64,000 bases of DNA from Escherichia phage MN04. The translations under genes and the position numbers were made by a program. Location of the stretch: sequence record MT129654.1, one strand, 5' to 3'. The notes below the pieces were generated by a model. The model was not told the DNA's origin. It saw only the letters and a list, made by a program, of their open reading frames with translations, and did not search any database. Below, one piece after another: positions 8,399 through 18,537 of the stretch. Position 1 is the stretch's first letter; every line of letters begins with the position of its first letter.

Positions 8399-9778
8399 AT
8401 GGCTGATGTAATTGATACCCTTTTTAAACAATCCTTAGATGTTTACGATGATGCTTTTACTCGTCGTGACTTAAAAAGCATTATCGACAATGAAGCGCTG
8501 GCTTATGCAATGTATACTGTCGAAAACCGCGCCATTCCAAATATGATTGATGGCTTTAAACCTGTACAACGTTTTGTAGTTGCTCGTTGTCTTGATATGG
8601 CTCGTGGTAATAAAGAAAAATTCCACAAACTAGCTTCTATTGCAGGTGGTGTAGCCGACCTTGGATATCACCACGGTGAAGGTTCTGCTCAAGAAGCAGG
8701 TGCTCTGATGGCTAACACATGGAACAACAACTTCCCACTGTTGGATGGCCAAGGCAACTTTGGTTCTCGATTAGTTCAAAAGGCTGCAGCCTCTCGTTAT
8801 ATTTTTGCACGAATTGGAACTAATTTCGCAAAGGTTTATAAGGATACAGAATATGCTCCGGTTCATGCGGATGTCGAACATAAGCCACCAGCTTTTTATC
8901 TGCCTATTATTCCTACTGTTCTTCTTAATGGTATTTCCGGTATTGCGACTGGTTATGCAACTAATATTCTTCCTCATAGTTTTGATTCTGTTAAGAAAGC
9001 TGTATTGCAGGTTCTTCAAGAAAAACGCGTAACCAAGCCTAAGGTGGCTTATCCGGAATTCCGTGGCGATGTGGTTGAGATTGAACCAGGTAGTTATGAA
9101 CTACGAGGCACGTATAAGTTCACATCTCGAACCCAAATGCATATCACAGAAATCCCGTACAAATACGACCGTGAAACGTACGTGGCCAAGGTACTGGACC
9201 CTTTAGAAGACAAAGGGTATATCACGTATGATGACGACTGTGACGAGAATGGTTTCGGCTTCAAGGTTAAGATTCGTAAAGAATATGAATTGCCTACTGA
9301 AGAAAATAAGAAGCATGAAAAAATCATGAAGGACTTCGGGTTAATCGAACGTCGTTCGCAAAACCTGACCGTCATTAATGAGAAAGGTAAACTTAAGGTT
9401 TACGAAGATGTAGTTGAACTGATTCGTGATTTCGTTGAGGTCCGTAAGACCTTTGTACAAAAACGTATTGATGGTAAAATCATCGAAACCGAAGAAGCTT
9501 TCAAACTGGCATTGGCTAAAGCTACATTCATTAAAGATGTTATTGATGGTGTGGTGGTTATCCAAGGTAAGACCCGTAAAGTTTTAACCGAAGAATTGGC
9601 CAGCAATAAAGTCTACGGTGAATACGCTGATAAACTCGTAGCAATGAATATTTTCCATATCACGTCCGATGAAGCTAAGAAACTGGCTTTGGAAGCCAAG
9701 GCTAAGAAAGAAGAGCACCAATACTGGAAAACCACTGATGTTGTAACTGAGTATGTTAAAGATTTGGAGGCTCTATGA
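8399..9778 (+). CDS. 52: DNA topoisomerase II medium subunit (GyrA-like)
   Basis: 459 aa; N-terminal RAIPNMIDGFKPVQRFV GyrA-type motif; T4 gene 52 synteny. Confidence 0.9.
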   Translation: MADVIDTLFKQSLDVYDDAFTRRDLKSIIDNEALAYAMYTVENRAIPNMIDGFKPVQRFVVARCLDMARGNKEKFHKLASIAGGVADLGYHHGEGSAQEAGALMANTWNNNFPLLDGQGNFGSRLVQKAAASRYIFARIGTNFAKVYKDTEYAPVHADVEHKPPAFYLPIIPTVLLNGISGIATGYATNILPHSFDSVKKAVLQVLQEKRVTKPKVAYPEFRGDVVEIEPGSYELRGTYKFTSRTQMHITEIPYKYDRETYVAKVLDPLEDKGYITYDDDCDENGFGFKVKIRKEYELPTEENKKHEKIMKDFGLIERRSQNLTVINEKGKLKVYEDVVELIRDFVEVRKTFVQKRIDGKIIETEEAFKLALAKATFIKDVIDGVVVIQGKTRKVLTEELASNKVYGEYADKLVAMNIFHITSDEAKKLALEAKAKKEEHQYWKTTDVVTEYVKDLEAL

Positions 9779-9879
9779 GCCTTGGAGTCGAGTTCTTGTT
9801 ACTCTGTATCTTTGCTGTTATCCTAGGCCTGGCGACAGGCTTAGCTATAGGTTTAATAGCAGCCCACTTTAAAAAGTAA
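9775..9879 (+). CDS. hypothetical small membrane peptide (34 aa)
   Basis: ATGA overlap with gene 52 stop; hydrophobic; followed by terminator. Confidence 0.25.
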   Translation: MSLGVEFLLLCIFAVILGLATGLAIGLIAAHFKK

Positions 9880-9900
9880 GGAACCTTCGGGTTCCTTTTT
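9880..9900 (+). terminator. rho-independent terminator after gene 52 operon
   Basis: GGAACC-TTCG-GGTTCC hairpin + TTTTT. Confidence 0.6.
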
Positions 9901-9919
9901 GGGTTTAGTGCAAAAAAGT

Positions 9920-9948
9920 GTTTACATCTGCTTTAAACATGATACTAT
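9920..9948 (+). promoter_or_regulatory. early promoter cassette, repeat copy 1
   Basis: GTTTAC, 17 nt, TACTAT; contains TGCTTTA (MotA-box-like). Confidence 0.5.
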
Positions 9949-9975
9949 AGACCTATCAAATAAATGAACTGAAAC
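9927..9975 (+). repeat. 49-nt direct repeat, copy 1
   Basis: TCTGCTTTAAACATGATACTATAGACCTATCAAATAAATGAACTGAAAC identical to 10271-10319. Confidence 0.8.
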
Positions 9976-9996
9976 AAACAACCCGGAGATACAAAA

Positions 9997-10224
9997 ATGA
10001 AATTTAAAATCGAAAACGAAATCGTTAAAGCTAAAAATGCTCTGACTGCTAACAAACTGGTTGTAGATGGTATTGAATATGATATCTGTGGAGTTCGTGA
10101 AGAAAAACCCGGTGTTCTGACTTTCTTCACAATGATTTTTAAATTTAAAGGTGACACAGAATTCAAACAGTTTGATTTTGCCCCTGAAGACGAAATCGAA
10201 GTTCGTAATCTGAACATTAAGTAA
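9997..10224 (+). CDS. hypothetical protein (75 aa) flanked by duplicated promoter cassettes
   Basis: ATG after GGAGAT SD; bracketed by the 49-nt repeat at 9927 and 10271. Confidence 0.4.
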   Translation: MKFKIENEIVKAKNALTANKLVVDGIEYDICGVREEKPGVLTFFTMIFKFKGDTEFKQFDFAPEDEIEVRNLNIK

Positions 10225-10263
10225 GTACTTTATTAGAGCTCTTGAAAAAGAGCTCAAAATAAA

Positions 10264-10292
10264 GTTTACTTCTGCTTTAAACATGATACTAT
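10264..10292 (+). promoter_or_regulatory. early promoter cassette, repeat copy 2 (upstream of motA)
   Basis: Near-identical to copy at 9920. Confidence 0.5.
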
Positions 10293-10319
10293 AGACCTAT
10301 CAAATAAATGAACTGAAAC
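10271..10319 (+). repeat. 49-nt direct repeat, copy 2
   Basis: Identical to 9927-9975. Confidence 0.8.
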
Positions 10320-10329
10320 GGAGATTAAA

Positions 10330-10965
10330 ATGTCTAAAATTACTTATATCATCAAAGCTTCTGAAGACGCCCTGAATGAAAAAACCGCTTCAATCTTAGT
10401 ACATATCATCAAGCATAACTTCATCACTTCAGGCGAAGTCCGTGAAGCCCTGAGTGAACAATTTAGTGCAGCGGTAGTTAACTCTAACATTGGTGTATTG
10501 ATTAAGAAAGGATTCATCGAAAAATCTGGTGATGGACTGGTGGCTACGGGTGAAGCAATGGACCTAGTTCAAAAAGCTGCTGACCTGTTCGCTTCTGAAA
10601 ATGCTCCAGAGATGTTGGAAAAACGTAAAACTCGCAGTTCACGTGGTGTTACTCCTGAAATGGTAGTATTGGCTGGTGAAGTTAAATCTTTGTTAGAAGA
10701 CCGAATCGAGATTCGTGAAATCGCTGAAAACCGTAGCAATCTTGAAGTTCGATTCGCTAAACGTACCAACGGTATTCGTCAAATCGAAGTCCGTCGTGAC
10801 GGAATGATGCGTATCTTCGGTTATAATATGACCGATAAAGAAAAACAAGTGTTTACTTCCTTGAATCTTGATGTTAAGATTAAGACTGGTGGTAAGAATA
10901 CTTATATCGACTTCCAAAACGTATCATCTGAAGTTATCAAAACCGTAACCAACGCAATTATCTGA
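10330..10965 (+). CDS. motA: middle-transcription activator MotA
   Basis: 211 aa as in T4; N-terminus MSKITYIIKASEDALNEKTASIL and NSNIGVLIKKGFIEKSGDGL resemble T4 MotA. Confidence 0.85.
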   Translation: MSKITYIIKASEDALNEKTASILVHIIKHNFITSGEVREALSEQFSAAVVNSNIGVLIKKGFIEKSGDGLVATGEAMDLVQKAADLFASENAPEMLEKRKTRSSRGVTPEMVVLAGEVKSLLEDRIEIREIAENRSNLEVRFAKRTNGIRQIEVRRDGMMRIFGYNMTDKEKQVFTSLNLDVKIKTGGKNTYIDFQNVSSEVIKTVTNAII

Positions 10966-10979
10966 CTGAGGAAATTATT

Positions 10980-11309
10980 ATGAACAAGCTGAATATTGTT
11001 AATGAACTTCGTCGTTGTGCAGAACCTACTCAAGAAGGTTGGGATATTTGGTACCATGGCGCTTATCTCGGCACTATTGTTAAGATTAAAGCAGGTAAAT
11101 ACTTAATCATCCGTGGTGGTTCTGAAGCTTCTATGGGAATTCGTAAGAACTTTATGGCAGCCATCAGCACCTTTGTTCCAGCTGCTTATGAAGTCTATAA
11201 AGCCGACTACAAAGAATACCAGGAATCACAACCGGTTATTCGTTCAATTGGTGTTAATAAAGCTCAACAGAAAACTTTATGGCAACGTGTTAAAGGATGG
11301 TTCAAATGA
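10980..11309 (+). CDS. hypothetical protein (109 aa)
   Basis: ATG after GAGGAAA SD. Confidence 0.4.
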   Translation: MNKLNIVNELRRCAEPTQEGWDIWYHGAYLGTIVKIKAGKYLIIRGGSEASMGIRKNFMAAISTFVPAAYEVYKADYKEYQESQPVIRSIGVNKAQQKTLWQRVKGWFK

Positions 11310-11644
11310 TTCCGATGGAACTTAACTGGGACGGCGAAGGTCATTCCCTTAAATTGATTGAAGAACAGCGTAATGATTGGGACGAGCGTGTAGCTTTAGT
11401 AAACGGTATTAAGAAAATTTACCAACTCAACCTTCATATTGACAATGTTCATCTTGAATTTGGTATGCAGTTATTGCGGTTTCTTGAGATTATTTTTATA
11501 GAAAAGGTAAACATAACTTCGCATGGTGCTGGCCAATCGGTTGTTATTAAATTATCATCCTATTATAAAGGTGATTTAATTGAAACAGCCACCAAAATTC
11601 AAGAATTTGCTAAAGATAACGGCCATAAGGTGATTTTCAAATGA
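11306..11644 (+). CDS. hypothetical protein (112 aa)
   Basis: ATGA overlap with upstream stop (translational coupling). Confidence 0.35.
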   Translation: MIPMELNWDGEGHSLKLIEEQRNDWDERVALVNGIKKIYQLNLHIDNVHLEFGMQLLRFLEIIFIEKVNITSHGAGQSVVIKLSSYYKGDLIETATKIQEFAKDNGHKVIFK

Positions 11645-12129
11645 ATCCATTAAAAGGTAAAGAATTATCCTTTAAAGACCGTATGGCTTTATTAGATAAA
11701 GCTCTTTCTCGTGAAACACCTGAAAGCTTAGCAGCTAAATTACGAGCCTATGGTGATTACACTGAATATTCGGAAGAGGATGTTTTGGAAGAGGTTCCTG
11801 AAATCTGTTGGCAGATTGCTCATTGGAACAACAATGAAAAATATCAGCGACGAATTGTGTGTGCAGCCAATCGCTTTAAGTTAAAAGACGGCGGGACTTT
11901 GGTTATTCCTGGCGCGCGTCATTATTCAAAAGATATGGCGGAAGTGCTTGACCAAGTAAGTGATAAACTTGTGTCAGAGCATGTTTGCGGTGATGACCAA
12001 GGATTTATCGACCAATACTCAAATTATTGGACTCGCGAAGAAGCAATGATTATTGCAACATATGCTAATCAAGTTCGTATTGAACGTGGTGGTAGTGAAA
12101 AAGAACTTTACTCTGAGGACCTTTACTAA
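11641..12129 (+). CDS. hypothetical protein (162 aa)
   Basis: ATGA overlap with upstream stop. Confidence 0.4.
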   Translation: MNPLKGKELSFKDRMALLDKALSRETPESLAAKLRAYGDYTEYSEEDVLEEVPEICWQIAHWNNNEKYQRRIVCAANRFKLKDGGTLVIPGARHYSKDMAEVLDQVSDKLVSEHVCGDDQGFIDQYSNYWTREEAMIIATYANQVRIERGGSEKELYSEDLY

Positions 12130-12410
12130 TGAATCTTAAACAACTCCAGATTGATGCAATCGAAGCCCATATCAACCATATTAAACGTCTGAATGTTATG
12201 GTGGAAGATAATTGGGGAACTTATGTCAACCAACCGGCTTGGGATGCATTAGATCATGAATATATAAAGAATATTAGTTCTAAGACAATTCATGGGAATA
12301 TGGAAGGGTTGAAGCCGTTCCTACGTGATATGTATATTGCAACTAATAAAGAAATTATCAGTTCTCTTGAATATCAATTAAGGAAATTACGTGAACAATC
12401 TTGTAGCTAA
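12129..12410 (+). CDS. hypothetical protein (93 aa); in the region where T4 encodes Arn, not verified
   Basis: TAATG overlap with upstream stop; positional inference only. Confidence 0.35.
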   Translation: MNLKQLQIDAIEAHINHIKRLNVMVEDNWGTYVNQPAWDALDHEYIKNISSKTIHGNMEGLKPFLRDMYIATNKEIISSLEYQLRKLREQSCS

Positions 12411-12499
12411 GCACGATTTCAATAAGGCTTCGGTCCATAAGGACAAGAAGAAAAATTTTAAAGAGTCCAAGCGTAAGCAGAAACATAAGGGTAAAGGGT

Positions 12500-12658
12500 A
12501 TGAGTCATAACTTAGAGAATACCGTAACAGGTATGCGTACGCGTGAGCAGGAGTGCTTTGAGGAATTCCTAGGAGCTGATTTTAAGTTCCAGGAACCTAT
12601 TGAAGAAATGTATCAGGAATATGTTAAAAAGAACGAAGAACATGTTTACAATCCATAA
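12500..12658 (+). CDS. hypothetical small protein (52 aa)
   Basis: ATG with AAGGG SD; below track cutoff. Confidence 0.25.
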   Translation: MSHNLENTVTGMRTREQECFEEFLGADFKFQEPIEEMYQEYVKKNEEHVYNP

Positions 12659-12672
12659 GGATATGTTATTAT
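12644..12672 (+). promoter_or_regulatory. early promoter of asiA
   Basis: GTTTAC, 17 nt, TATTAT. Confidence 0.5.
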
Positions 12673-12713
12673 AGCCTTATCAGATAATGTCGTACTGAAT
12701 TGAAGAGAATATT

Positions 12714-12989
12714 ATGACTAAAATTGAAATCGTTTCCGAAATTGCTACTATTGTTTCCATTTTGATTAAAACGGATTGTGAAGACATCATGCAACGCCGT
12801 GATGAGTTTATTGCCTTTTTGAATGAGTTGGGTATTCGTAATGAACATGGAAAGGAACTTAACGGTCTATCTTTTAATAAACTCTTTAAGTCTTTAACTG
12901 AAGATGAACGTGATACTCTTATTGAGCAATTTAATGAAGGGTATGAAGATATACACCGTTATCTAATGATGTATACCTCCAATTTTTAA
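12714..12989 (+). CDS. asiA: anti-sigma70 factor AsiA
   Basis: 91 aa; IVSEIATIVSILIK...FIAFLNELGI...LIEQFNEGYEDIHRYLMMYT closely resembles T4 AsiA. Confidence 0.85.
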   Translation: MTKIEIVSEIATIVSILIKTDCEDIMQRRDEFIAFLNELGIRNEHGKELNGLSFNKLFKSLTEDERDTLIEQFNEGYEDIHRYLMMYTSNF

Positions 12990-13639
12990 CGAGTTCGACC
13001 TAATGTCCTCCCGGCCTGACCACACATAGACGAAAGTCTAGGAAATCCTAAATCCGGTTTGATGTCATACCAGTATAATGATATCGAACCGGCATAGATG
13101 TTATCCAAATTAAAAAACGGACATGAAAACATATACGTGAAATGGGTTTTCTTCTTTGTAGGAAGGAACACAGTTTCTGTACTTGATTCAAAATAATTCC
13201 CGTTAACTCCCGCCATATACTCCACTGACGTTTTGTCAATCGGAAATCCTCCCGTATTTTTTGCGTCTACCGTTTCCGGTAATTTACCCTCATAAGCAAC
13301 CATGTCCACAAAATAATTCATGTTGGTTGGTCTAAAAGAATATATTGCTGTGAAGTCTGCGCCTGAAGAAGAATGCACTATTCGGAGCTGCTCGATAGCC
13401 GCAATTTTAAATCTATTGTCCTGGTCTTGTCTAATCATTTCAGTATAAGAGGCATAAGTTGTCTCTTTATAAAAGTTTAGAATATATTCGCCTTTATACC
13501 AAACCAGTGCCATAAAGAACAATAATATTACGACTAGGACCCGGGAAAAAACTACTTTCCCGGAAGAAGTATCTTTAAAAATTCTATCAAGAAGTCCAAA
13601 AAGTAGGTCTGATAATGAAAATCCTACTTTTGGTTCCAT
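12986..13639 (-). CDS. t: holin T
   Basis: 217 aa; N-terminal TM region plus large C-terminal domain; FVDMVAYEGKLP and CPFFNLDNIYAGSISLYWY resemble T4 holin; late promoter upstream. Confidence 0.9.
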   Translation of the reverse strand: MEPKVGFSLSDLLFGLLDRIFKDTSSGKVVFSRVLVVILLFFMALVWYKGEYILNFYKETTYASYTEMIRQDQDNRFKIAAIEQLRIVHSSSGADFTAIYSFRPTNMNYFVDMVAYEGKLPETVDAKNTGGFPIDKTSVEYMAGVNGNYFESSTETVFLPTKKKTHFTYMFSCPFFNLDNIYAGSISLYWYDIKPDLGFPRLSSMCGQAGRTLGRTR

Positions 13640-13657
13640 ACTTTTCTCCTTTAAAGA

Positions 13658-13665
13658 TATTTATA
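13658..13665 (-). promoter_or_regulatory. late promoter (TATAAATA) for holin t
   Basis: Reverse complement reads TATAAATA about 20 nt upstream of t start. Confidence 0.55.
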
Positions 13666-13681
13666 ATTTAATACTTTCGTA

Positions 13682-14455
13682 TTATAACCAAGAGCCGTAG
13701 ATAGTGCCTGTAGCGCCCCATGATGGGGCGGAACCGAATACTGCTCTACCAGGAGCACCACCACCCGACCTGGATAAGTTTTTACCCCATCCATCTCCGC
13801 CCCAACCTCCAGCATCACCGCCATTGCCTCCGCCGAATTGGGAAGTGTAACCGGCGCCACCTGGACCATCATAACTAGCATTGCCACCTGGCCAATTAAC
13901 ACCACCGCCGCCGAGACCAAATGGTCTGCCGCCACCGCCACCTGCTGTAGAATTTGCAGGCCAACTATTCTGTAATGATACGGCACCGCCGCCACCACCA
14001 CCGGAGGCTATCACACCATAATTCCAAATGCGAAGTCGCCCACCAATATCATTTTGGATTACGTCACCACCATTAGTGCCTGGGCTTCCATTTACGCTAC
14101 CATTACCACCTCGGCCCCACATATGAACACCACCATGAATATTCAAAGTAACATATTCGTTAGGGGTATCACCGTACATAAAGAACAACGGAACATCTTT
14201 AGTATATGATACTAAGTTGCCTGTGATATTAAACACTATAGGAGCACCGCCGGCTTCAAAACAACGGTCTCTAAACCATTGCCCGTTAAAGTTATGGTCG
14301 GCCCCAAGCGTGTGAATTACTTCAACAGATCGACCTATCATATTACTCATCCAAAAAGGAACACCCATTCTTAATCTTACGGCTGCTCCTGCCATCCAAG
14401 GGTCTCCAGTTTGTACCCTTGCAGACCATCCTACCCACGGTCCTTCAACTGCCAT
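13682..14455 (-). CDS. 38: gp38 receptor-recognising adhesin (T2-type, glycine-rich)
   Basis: Conserved [22 protein letters not shown] block followed by poly-Gly motifs; start set to ATG after GGAGG (track start is TTG); downstream of gene 37. Confidence 0.8.
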   Translation of the reverse strand: MAVEGPWVGWSARVQTGDPWMAGAAVRLRMGVPFWMSNMIGRSVEVIHTLGADHNFNGQWFRDRCFEAGGAPIVFNITGNLVSYTKDVPLFFMYGDTPNEYVTLNIHGGVHMWGRGGNGSVNGSPGTNGGDVIQNDIGGRLRIWNYGVIASGGGGGGAVSLQNSWPANSTAGGGGGRPFGLGGGGVNWPGGNASYDGPGGAGYTSQFGGGNGGDAGGWGGDGWGKNLSRSGGGAPGRAVFGSAPSWGATGTIYGSWL

Positions 14456-14486
14456 ATAAACCTCCAAGGGGCCTAAGCCCCTCTTA

Positions 14487-17400
14487 TTATTTTAACAATG
14501 ATTTAACTAAAGCTTTAAGTTCTTCAATCTCTGATTTCAATTCTGTTATTTCGGCAGTATGCTCATTGATTGCAGCTGTATTTAAACCAATTACACCGTT
14601 ATAGTTCAAACGAAGTAAAGCTTCACTATTAGGGTCACCTTCAACCAATTCAGGTAAAATAGCTTGAACTTCTTGGGCAATTAAACCAGCATTAGGTTCC
14701 CATTTCTGATTACCTTCCTCATCTAGGCCTCGCTTCTGCATATAAGTGTAACCGTTAATTTTAGAAAGCTTCTGAGAAGCATTTTCAAATTTAACAAGGT
14801 CTTTTTTAACGCGAATATCAGAACGAACATAAACATCACGGACATATGTAGAATAGGCATCACTTTGTTGGATTAAATGACCAAAAGAAATAATAGCCCT
14901 TCCTGTTTCGGTCCACAAAGCACCGGTGGTATCCCAAAGACCTTGATGGATATGGTAAGAGCTAGACCAAGATGCAATATGCATACCATTGGCAACCATA
15001 TTGATTCGGCCATCACCGCCGTGTGATAATCCTGTGTCATTATCACCAATAGCAATACTAGGAGAGCCTAATCCGTTAACAGTTCCAACACCAATGGCAG
15101 GAGTCTGGACTAAAGTCGGGGCGTAAAATAAACCGCTAGAGTGGAATTCGAAAATACCTACAGGACCGTCGCCACGCTCGGCATTACCTACTCGAATTAT
15201 CGCTTGTCCCCATGCTTGTGGAGTACGACGCATGCCTAATTCAACAGAAGTAGTATAACCCTGACCACTAATTACAGATCGGCCTTTAATAATGGGATAA
15301 TAACTGTCTTCACCCACACTACCAAACTCAAGGAAATAAGGTGCTTCTAAGCCCCATTGGTCACCCCATGCACCAGATTTATGTGCAATCCAGTTGGAAC
15401 CGTTCATATAAATACGGTCTCGGTTTACATTGAATACTGAAGCACCTTGTGGAGATAAAACAACCTCACCATTATGGGTGATATTAATACCACCTTGGGA
15501 TTGGAAGCTCCAGAAGGCTAAACCGTTATCAGCACCACCATTACCTACATACCAGTTATCAACACCACCTTTTTTACCCTTAACATAACCAGCTTCATCT
15601 GCCGGATAATCAATAACAATAGCGTCTGAATTGGTTTTAAGAGTTAAGCGGCCTGTCATTGTGTCCCCGCCTTTACCAACACGAGTATTCACCGCTGCGT
15701 CAAGGTTAGTAGCACCGCTATACTTGTTCCAAATAGAACCTGCAATATTACCATCAGTATTCATGAAAGCTGTACCGGCATATAAGCGGTTCTGAGCCAT
15801 GAAGTTACCTTCTTTGGTAAAGCGCCAATATTTTAATCCTGTAGCATCACCATCACCAAGCAAATCACCTTGAGCAACAATTCGATATTCACTTGTAGCT
15901 CGGTCCATACCTTGAGTAACAGTTACGTTCGAATCAATATTTTTCTGCTTAGTAATAGGGTAAAATGCTTGAGTTGCAGCATCGAGCGTTTGATATACCA
16001 GAGCTTTAGTCGTGTTCTGGTTGGCATAAGATGCACCGTTACTATTAGGGAATTCTAATGCACCATTACCCCTAAAATAAACCTGGTCTGCTTCTAAGTT
16101 AGGGATTTTAACCCGACCGGTGTCTAACATAATACTTAATGGGCGTAATGGACCCAATCCGCCACTTTCACCAGCATTAACATTGGTTGGGATAATATGT
16201 AGCTGGTCTTCTGAATTTCGAAAAATAACACCATACTTATCATTCCAAATACGAAGACCACTAGCAGCGCGGACTTTAATTTCATTGGAAACATATAGAT
16301 TGCGTTTTAAAGATGTATCTTGACTGACAGACAATCCTTCGACGATGTTCATCGTGCCGTTTAAATAAGATTCGACTTTACCTGCCGTATTTCGTTGAAT
16401 ATAGTGCATCCAGCCGGTAGCATCAGATGTTTCCAATACGTTTTTACGAGAACCACCTACCGTATTAAAAGTGTCACCCCAACCTTTGAGCTCTATATTA
16501 TCAACTGAACTATATCCTGAGGTACTTCCTTTAAAAAGCACAGTGGAAGCGTTACCACGACCGTCAATATTAACCGAACCACCACGGACTTCAACGTTAC
16601 CAGGAGTAACCAACAACCCACCATCAGTGTTAACGTTTGTTACACCTTTACCACGGAAATAATGGTGGTATTTACCACTCTGATGATAACCTAAAAGAGT
16701 CTGCCCATCACCAAAGCCGTTTTTATCATTAGTAGTATTAACAATAACTAATGGATAGTTTTGAGCTGTAGGAAGAATTAAATCAGAACCGTTGGTTGAA
16801 TAACCCGCAACTAACTGTTTAAGGCTTGTAACTTCAGTCGGAGTTGTAAGTAAAGTATAAGCTCCATTATTAACTGTATGGAACTGGCCGTCTTGTTTCC
16901 ATTTCAAACCTGTGTTATTGTCACCAAGAGCAATTGAAGCCGTCCCTAATTCAGAATATCCTTTAGGGCCACCTGGAAGACCTACAGAAATAGAATGACC
17001 GGCTTTCAATCCACCTGCCCAGTTAAACGACAAAATATAAGTGTCTAAGCCATCTCCGGAATACCAGGCTATTCCGTCATTAACATTAACTTCGTGGAAA
17101 ATACCTGCTCCTACAGCATTTCGCATAACACGGAGGTGGTTAATAGCCGTTTCGCTTTCTGCCAATGGAGTGTTATTTGATAATGAAGATATATCGTAAT
17201 CGCCGGCGGCTTTACCGTCGGTAATAACTTTATTAGTATAAATTATTGGAGATTTTACCGATGTTCCACCAGAAATAGATGGAGCATAAAATAAACCGTC
17301 ACCGTTGAATGCAAAAATATTAGATGTTGAATTAGTGTAATCCTGAACACGAACATTTAAGATTTGCTTGGTATCCCCAGCACGGTTTTGAGAATAAATT

Positions 17401-17801
17401 ATGCCTCTTTCACGCGCATCAGCCAAATCCTGGAATCGAACGTGGGTAGTTCCTGCACCCCGTACAAGAACTTCACCGTTATCTGTCATTAGGCGAGATT
17501 TTGCTGTGATATCACCATTTGCTGTTATACTTCCGGATGTCGTATAACTACCTGTTTGGGTAAAAGCACCCTTCAGGGCATAATCGCCGGTCTGGTTGTA
17601 GTTACCGTTATGAATAACGTTTCCGTCGATATTACCACCTTTAGCAAAGCCAAGGTCGATAATCGCTCCAGTGTCATCTTTGGTAAATAACAAACGGTCT
17701 TTTAAGTTAATAGCCAGCTCGCCTTCAGCCAACTGCGCTGGCGTAGGACGTACACCAGCTACTTTACTTCTTTTAAATTGTATCTGTTTTAAAGTAGCCA
17801 T
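14487..17801 (-). CDS. 37: long tail fibre distal subunit gp37 with C-terminal intramolecular-chaperone-like domain
   Basis: 1104 aa; synteny 34-35-36-37-38; C-terminal SDIRVK...GLIAQEVQ motif. Confidence 0.9.
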   Translation of the reverse strand: MATLKQIQFKRSKVAGVRPTPAQLAEGELAINLKDRLLFTKDDTGAIIDLGFAKGGNIDGNVIHNGNYNQTGDYALKGAFTQTGSYTTSGSITANGDITAKSRLMTDNGEVLVRGAGTTHVRFQDLADARERGIIYSQNRAGDTKQILNVRVQDYTNSTSNIFAFNGDGLFYAPSISGGTSVKSPIIYTNKVITDGKAAGDYDISSLSNNTPLAESETAINHLRVMRNAVGAGIFHEVNVNDGIAWYSGDGLDTYILSFNWAGGLKAGHSISVGLPGGPKGYSELGTASIALGDNNTGLKWKQDGQFHTVNNGAYTLLTTPTEVTSLKQLVAGYSTNGSDLILPTAQNYPLVIVNTTNDKNGFGDGQTLLGYHQSGKYHHYFRGKGVTNVNTDGGLLVTPGNVEVRGGSVNIDGRGNASTVLFKGSTSGYSSVDNIELKGWGDTFNTVGGSRKNVLETSDATGWMHYIQRNTAGKVESYLNGTMNIVEGLSVSQDTSLKRNLYVSNEIKVRAASGLRIWNDKYGVIFRNSEDQLHIIPTNVNAGESGGLGPLRPLSIMLDTGRVKIPNLEADQVYFRGNGALEFPNSNGASYANQNTTKALVYQTLDAATQAFYPITKQKNIDSNVTVTQGMDRATSEYRIVAQGDLLGDGDATGLKYWRFTKEGNFMAQNRLYAGTAFMNTDGNIAGSIWNKYSGATNLDAAVNTRVGKGGDTMTGRLTLKTNSDAIVIDYPADEAGYVKGKKGGVDNWYVGNGGADNGLAFWSFQSQGGINITHNGEVVLSPQGASVFNVNRDRIYMNGSNWIAHKSGAWGDQWGLEAPYFLEFGSVGEDSYYPIIKGRSVISGQGYTTSVELGMRRTPQAWGQAIIRVGNAERGDGPVGIFEFHSSGLFYAPTLVQTPAIGVGTVNGLGSPSIAIGDNDTGLSHGGDGRINMVANGMHIASWSSSYHIHQGLWDTTGALWTETGRAIISFGHLIQQSDAYSTYVRDVYVRSDIRVKKDLVKFENASQKLSKINGYTYMQKRGLDEEGNQKWEPNAGLIAQEVQAILPELVEGDPNSEALLRLNYNGVIGLNTAAINEHTAEITELKSEIEELKALVKSLLK

Positions 17802-17809
17802 AATGCCTC

Positions 17810-18457
17810 TTAATAATAACCAAAATCTTGAATAGAATCTTTTTGAACAATCTGGTCAAAGCGAGGAACGTGTCCTGCACCAGAGGCCGGATTCCGTGAA
17901 ATAAAGTTAGGAGCCGCTAGCACTCCATCCATTATTTGCATGTCAGTATTATTTATTTGGACCTGTTTTGCGTTATCTACTAATGACAATCCAACTTGAG
18001 CTTTAGTAGGGGTGTTGCCTGGGCTGAATACGCGGCCTGATTCATCATATACTTGACGGAATAATGAATCACCCATTACGGTAAGACGTTTAGCCCCAAC
18101 TGTTGTATTTGGGTCAAATATCATAAACGGAGTACCATCTTCCGTTTCATATCCAAAAGCACCTTTAATACGGAAAGAAGCTGTGAACGGAGCCCCGCCG
18201 GTTCTTGCTCCTAATTTAATACCATATCCATTAGTATCATTAAAGGTCAAACCTTTTTCAAAATACACGTTGTTCTTATAATTACCGCCGTTAGCTTTTG
18301 AAACGAAATCGTTATCAACTGCTTGAGGTTTATTATACTCGGTGTAAACTTTATATGTTTTGTAAAGAAGGTCATTTGATACAGGCGTTAAGGGGAAATT
18401 ACCTTGGTGCCATAATACCGAACCTCCTGCTGTAGAACCTAATTTTAAATCTGCCAT
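17810..18457 (-). CDS. 36: long tail fibre hinge protein gp36
   Basis: 215 aa, size and position as T4 gp36. Confidence 0.8.
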   Translation of the reverse strand: MADLKLGSTAGGSVLWHQGNFPLTPVSNDLLYKTYKVYTEYNKPQAVDNDFVSKANGGNYKNNVYFEKGLTFNDTNGYGIKLGARTGGAPFTASFRIKGAFGYETEDGTPFMIFDPNTTVGAKRLTVMGDSLFRQVYDESGRVFSPGNTPTKAQVGLSLVDNAKQVQINNTDMQIMDGVLAAPNFISRNPASGAGHVPRFDQIVQKDSIQDFGYY

Positions 18458-18513
18458 TTTGAGTTTCCTTTGGGAGTTATAGCCTTTTATATATATTTAT
18501 GGCTGTAGAAAAC

Positions 18514-18537
18514 GAAAAAAAGGAACCCGAAGGTTCC
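18514..18537 (-). terminator. rho-independent terminator after gene 35
   Basis: GGAACC-TTCG-GGTTCC hairpin; T-run on minus strand. Confidence 0.55.

Noticed and set aside
9926-9948. MotA-box middle promoter (TGCTTTA) as the primary signal at 9930
   Set aside because: Spacing to the -10 hexamer is too short for a canonical MotA-dependent promoter; the GTTTAC plus 17 nt plus TACTAT early-promoter reading fits better. A dual function is not excluded.
10235-10256. Hairpin GAGCTCTT-GAAA-AAGAGCTC as a terminator
   Set aside because: There is no downstream U-tract; it is more likely a stability or processing stem-loop, so it was not called a terminator.
9920-10319. Direct repeats as a possible CRISPR array
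   Set aside because: There are only two copies about 345 bp apart, each containing a promoter; there is no regular repeat-spacer periodicity and no cas genes.
13651-14001. Second minus-strand ORF overlapping gene 38 in another frame
   Set aside because: It is an out-of-frame read through the glycine-rich repeat of gp38, with no independent start signal.
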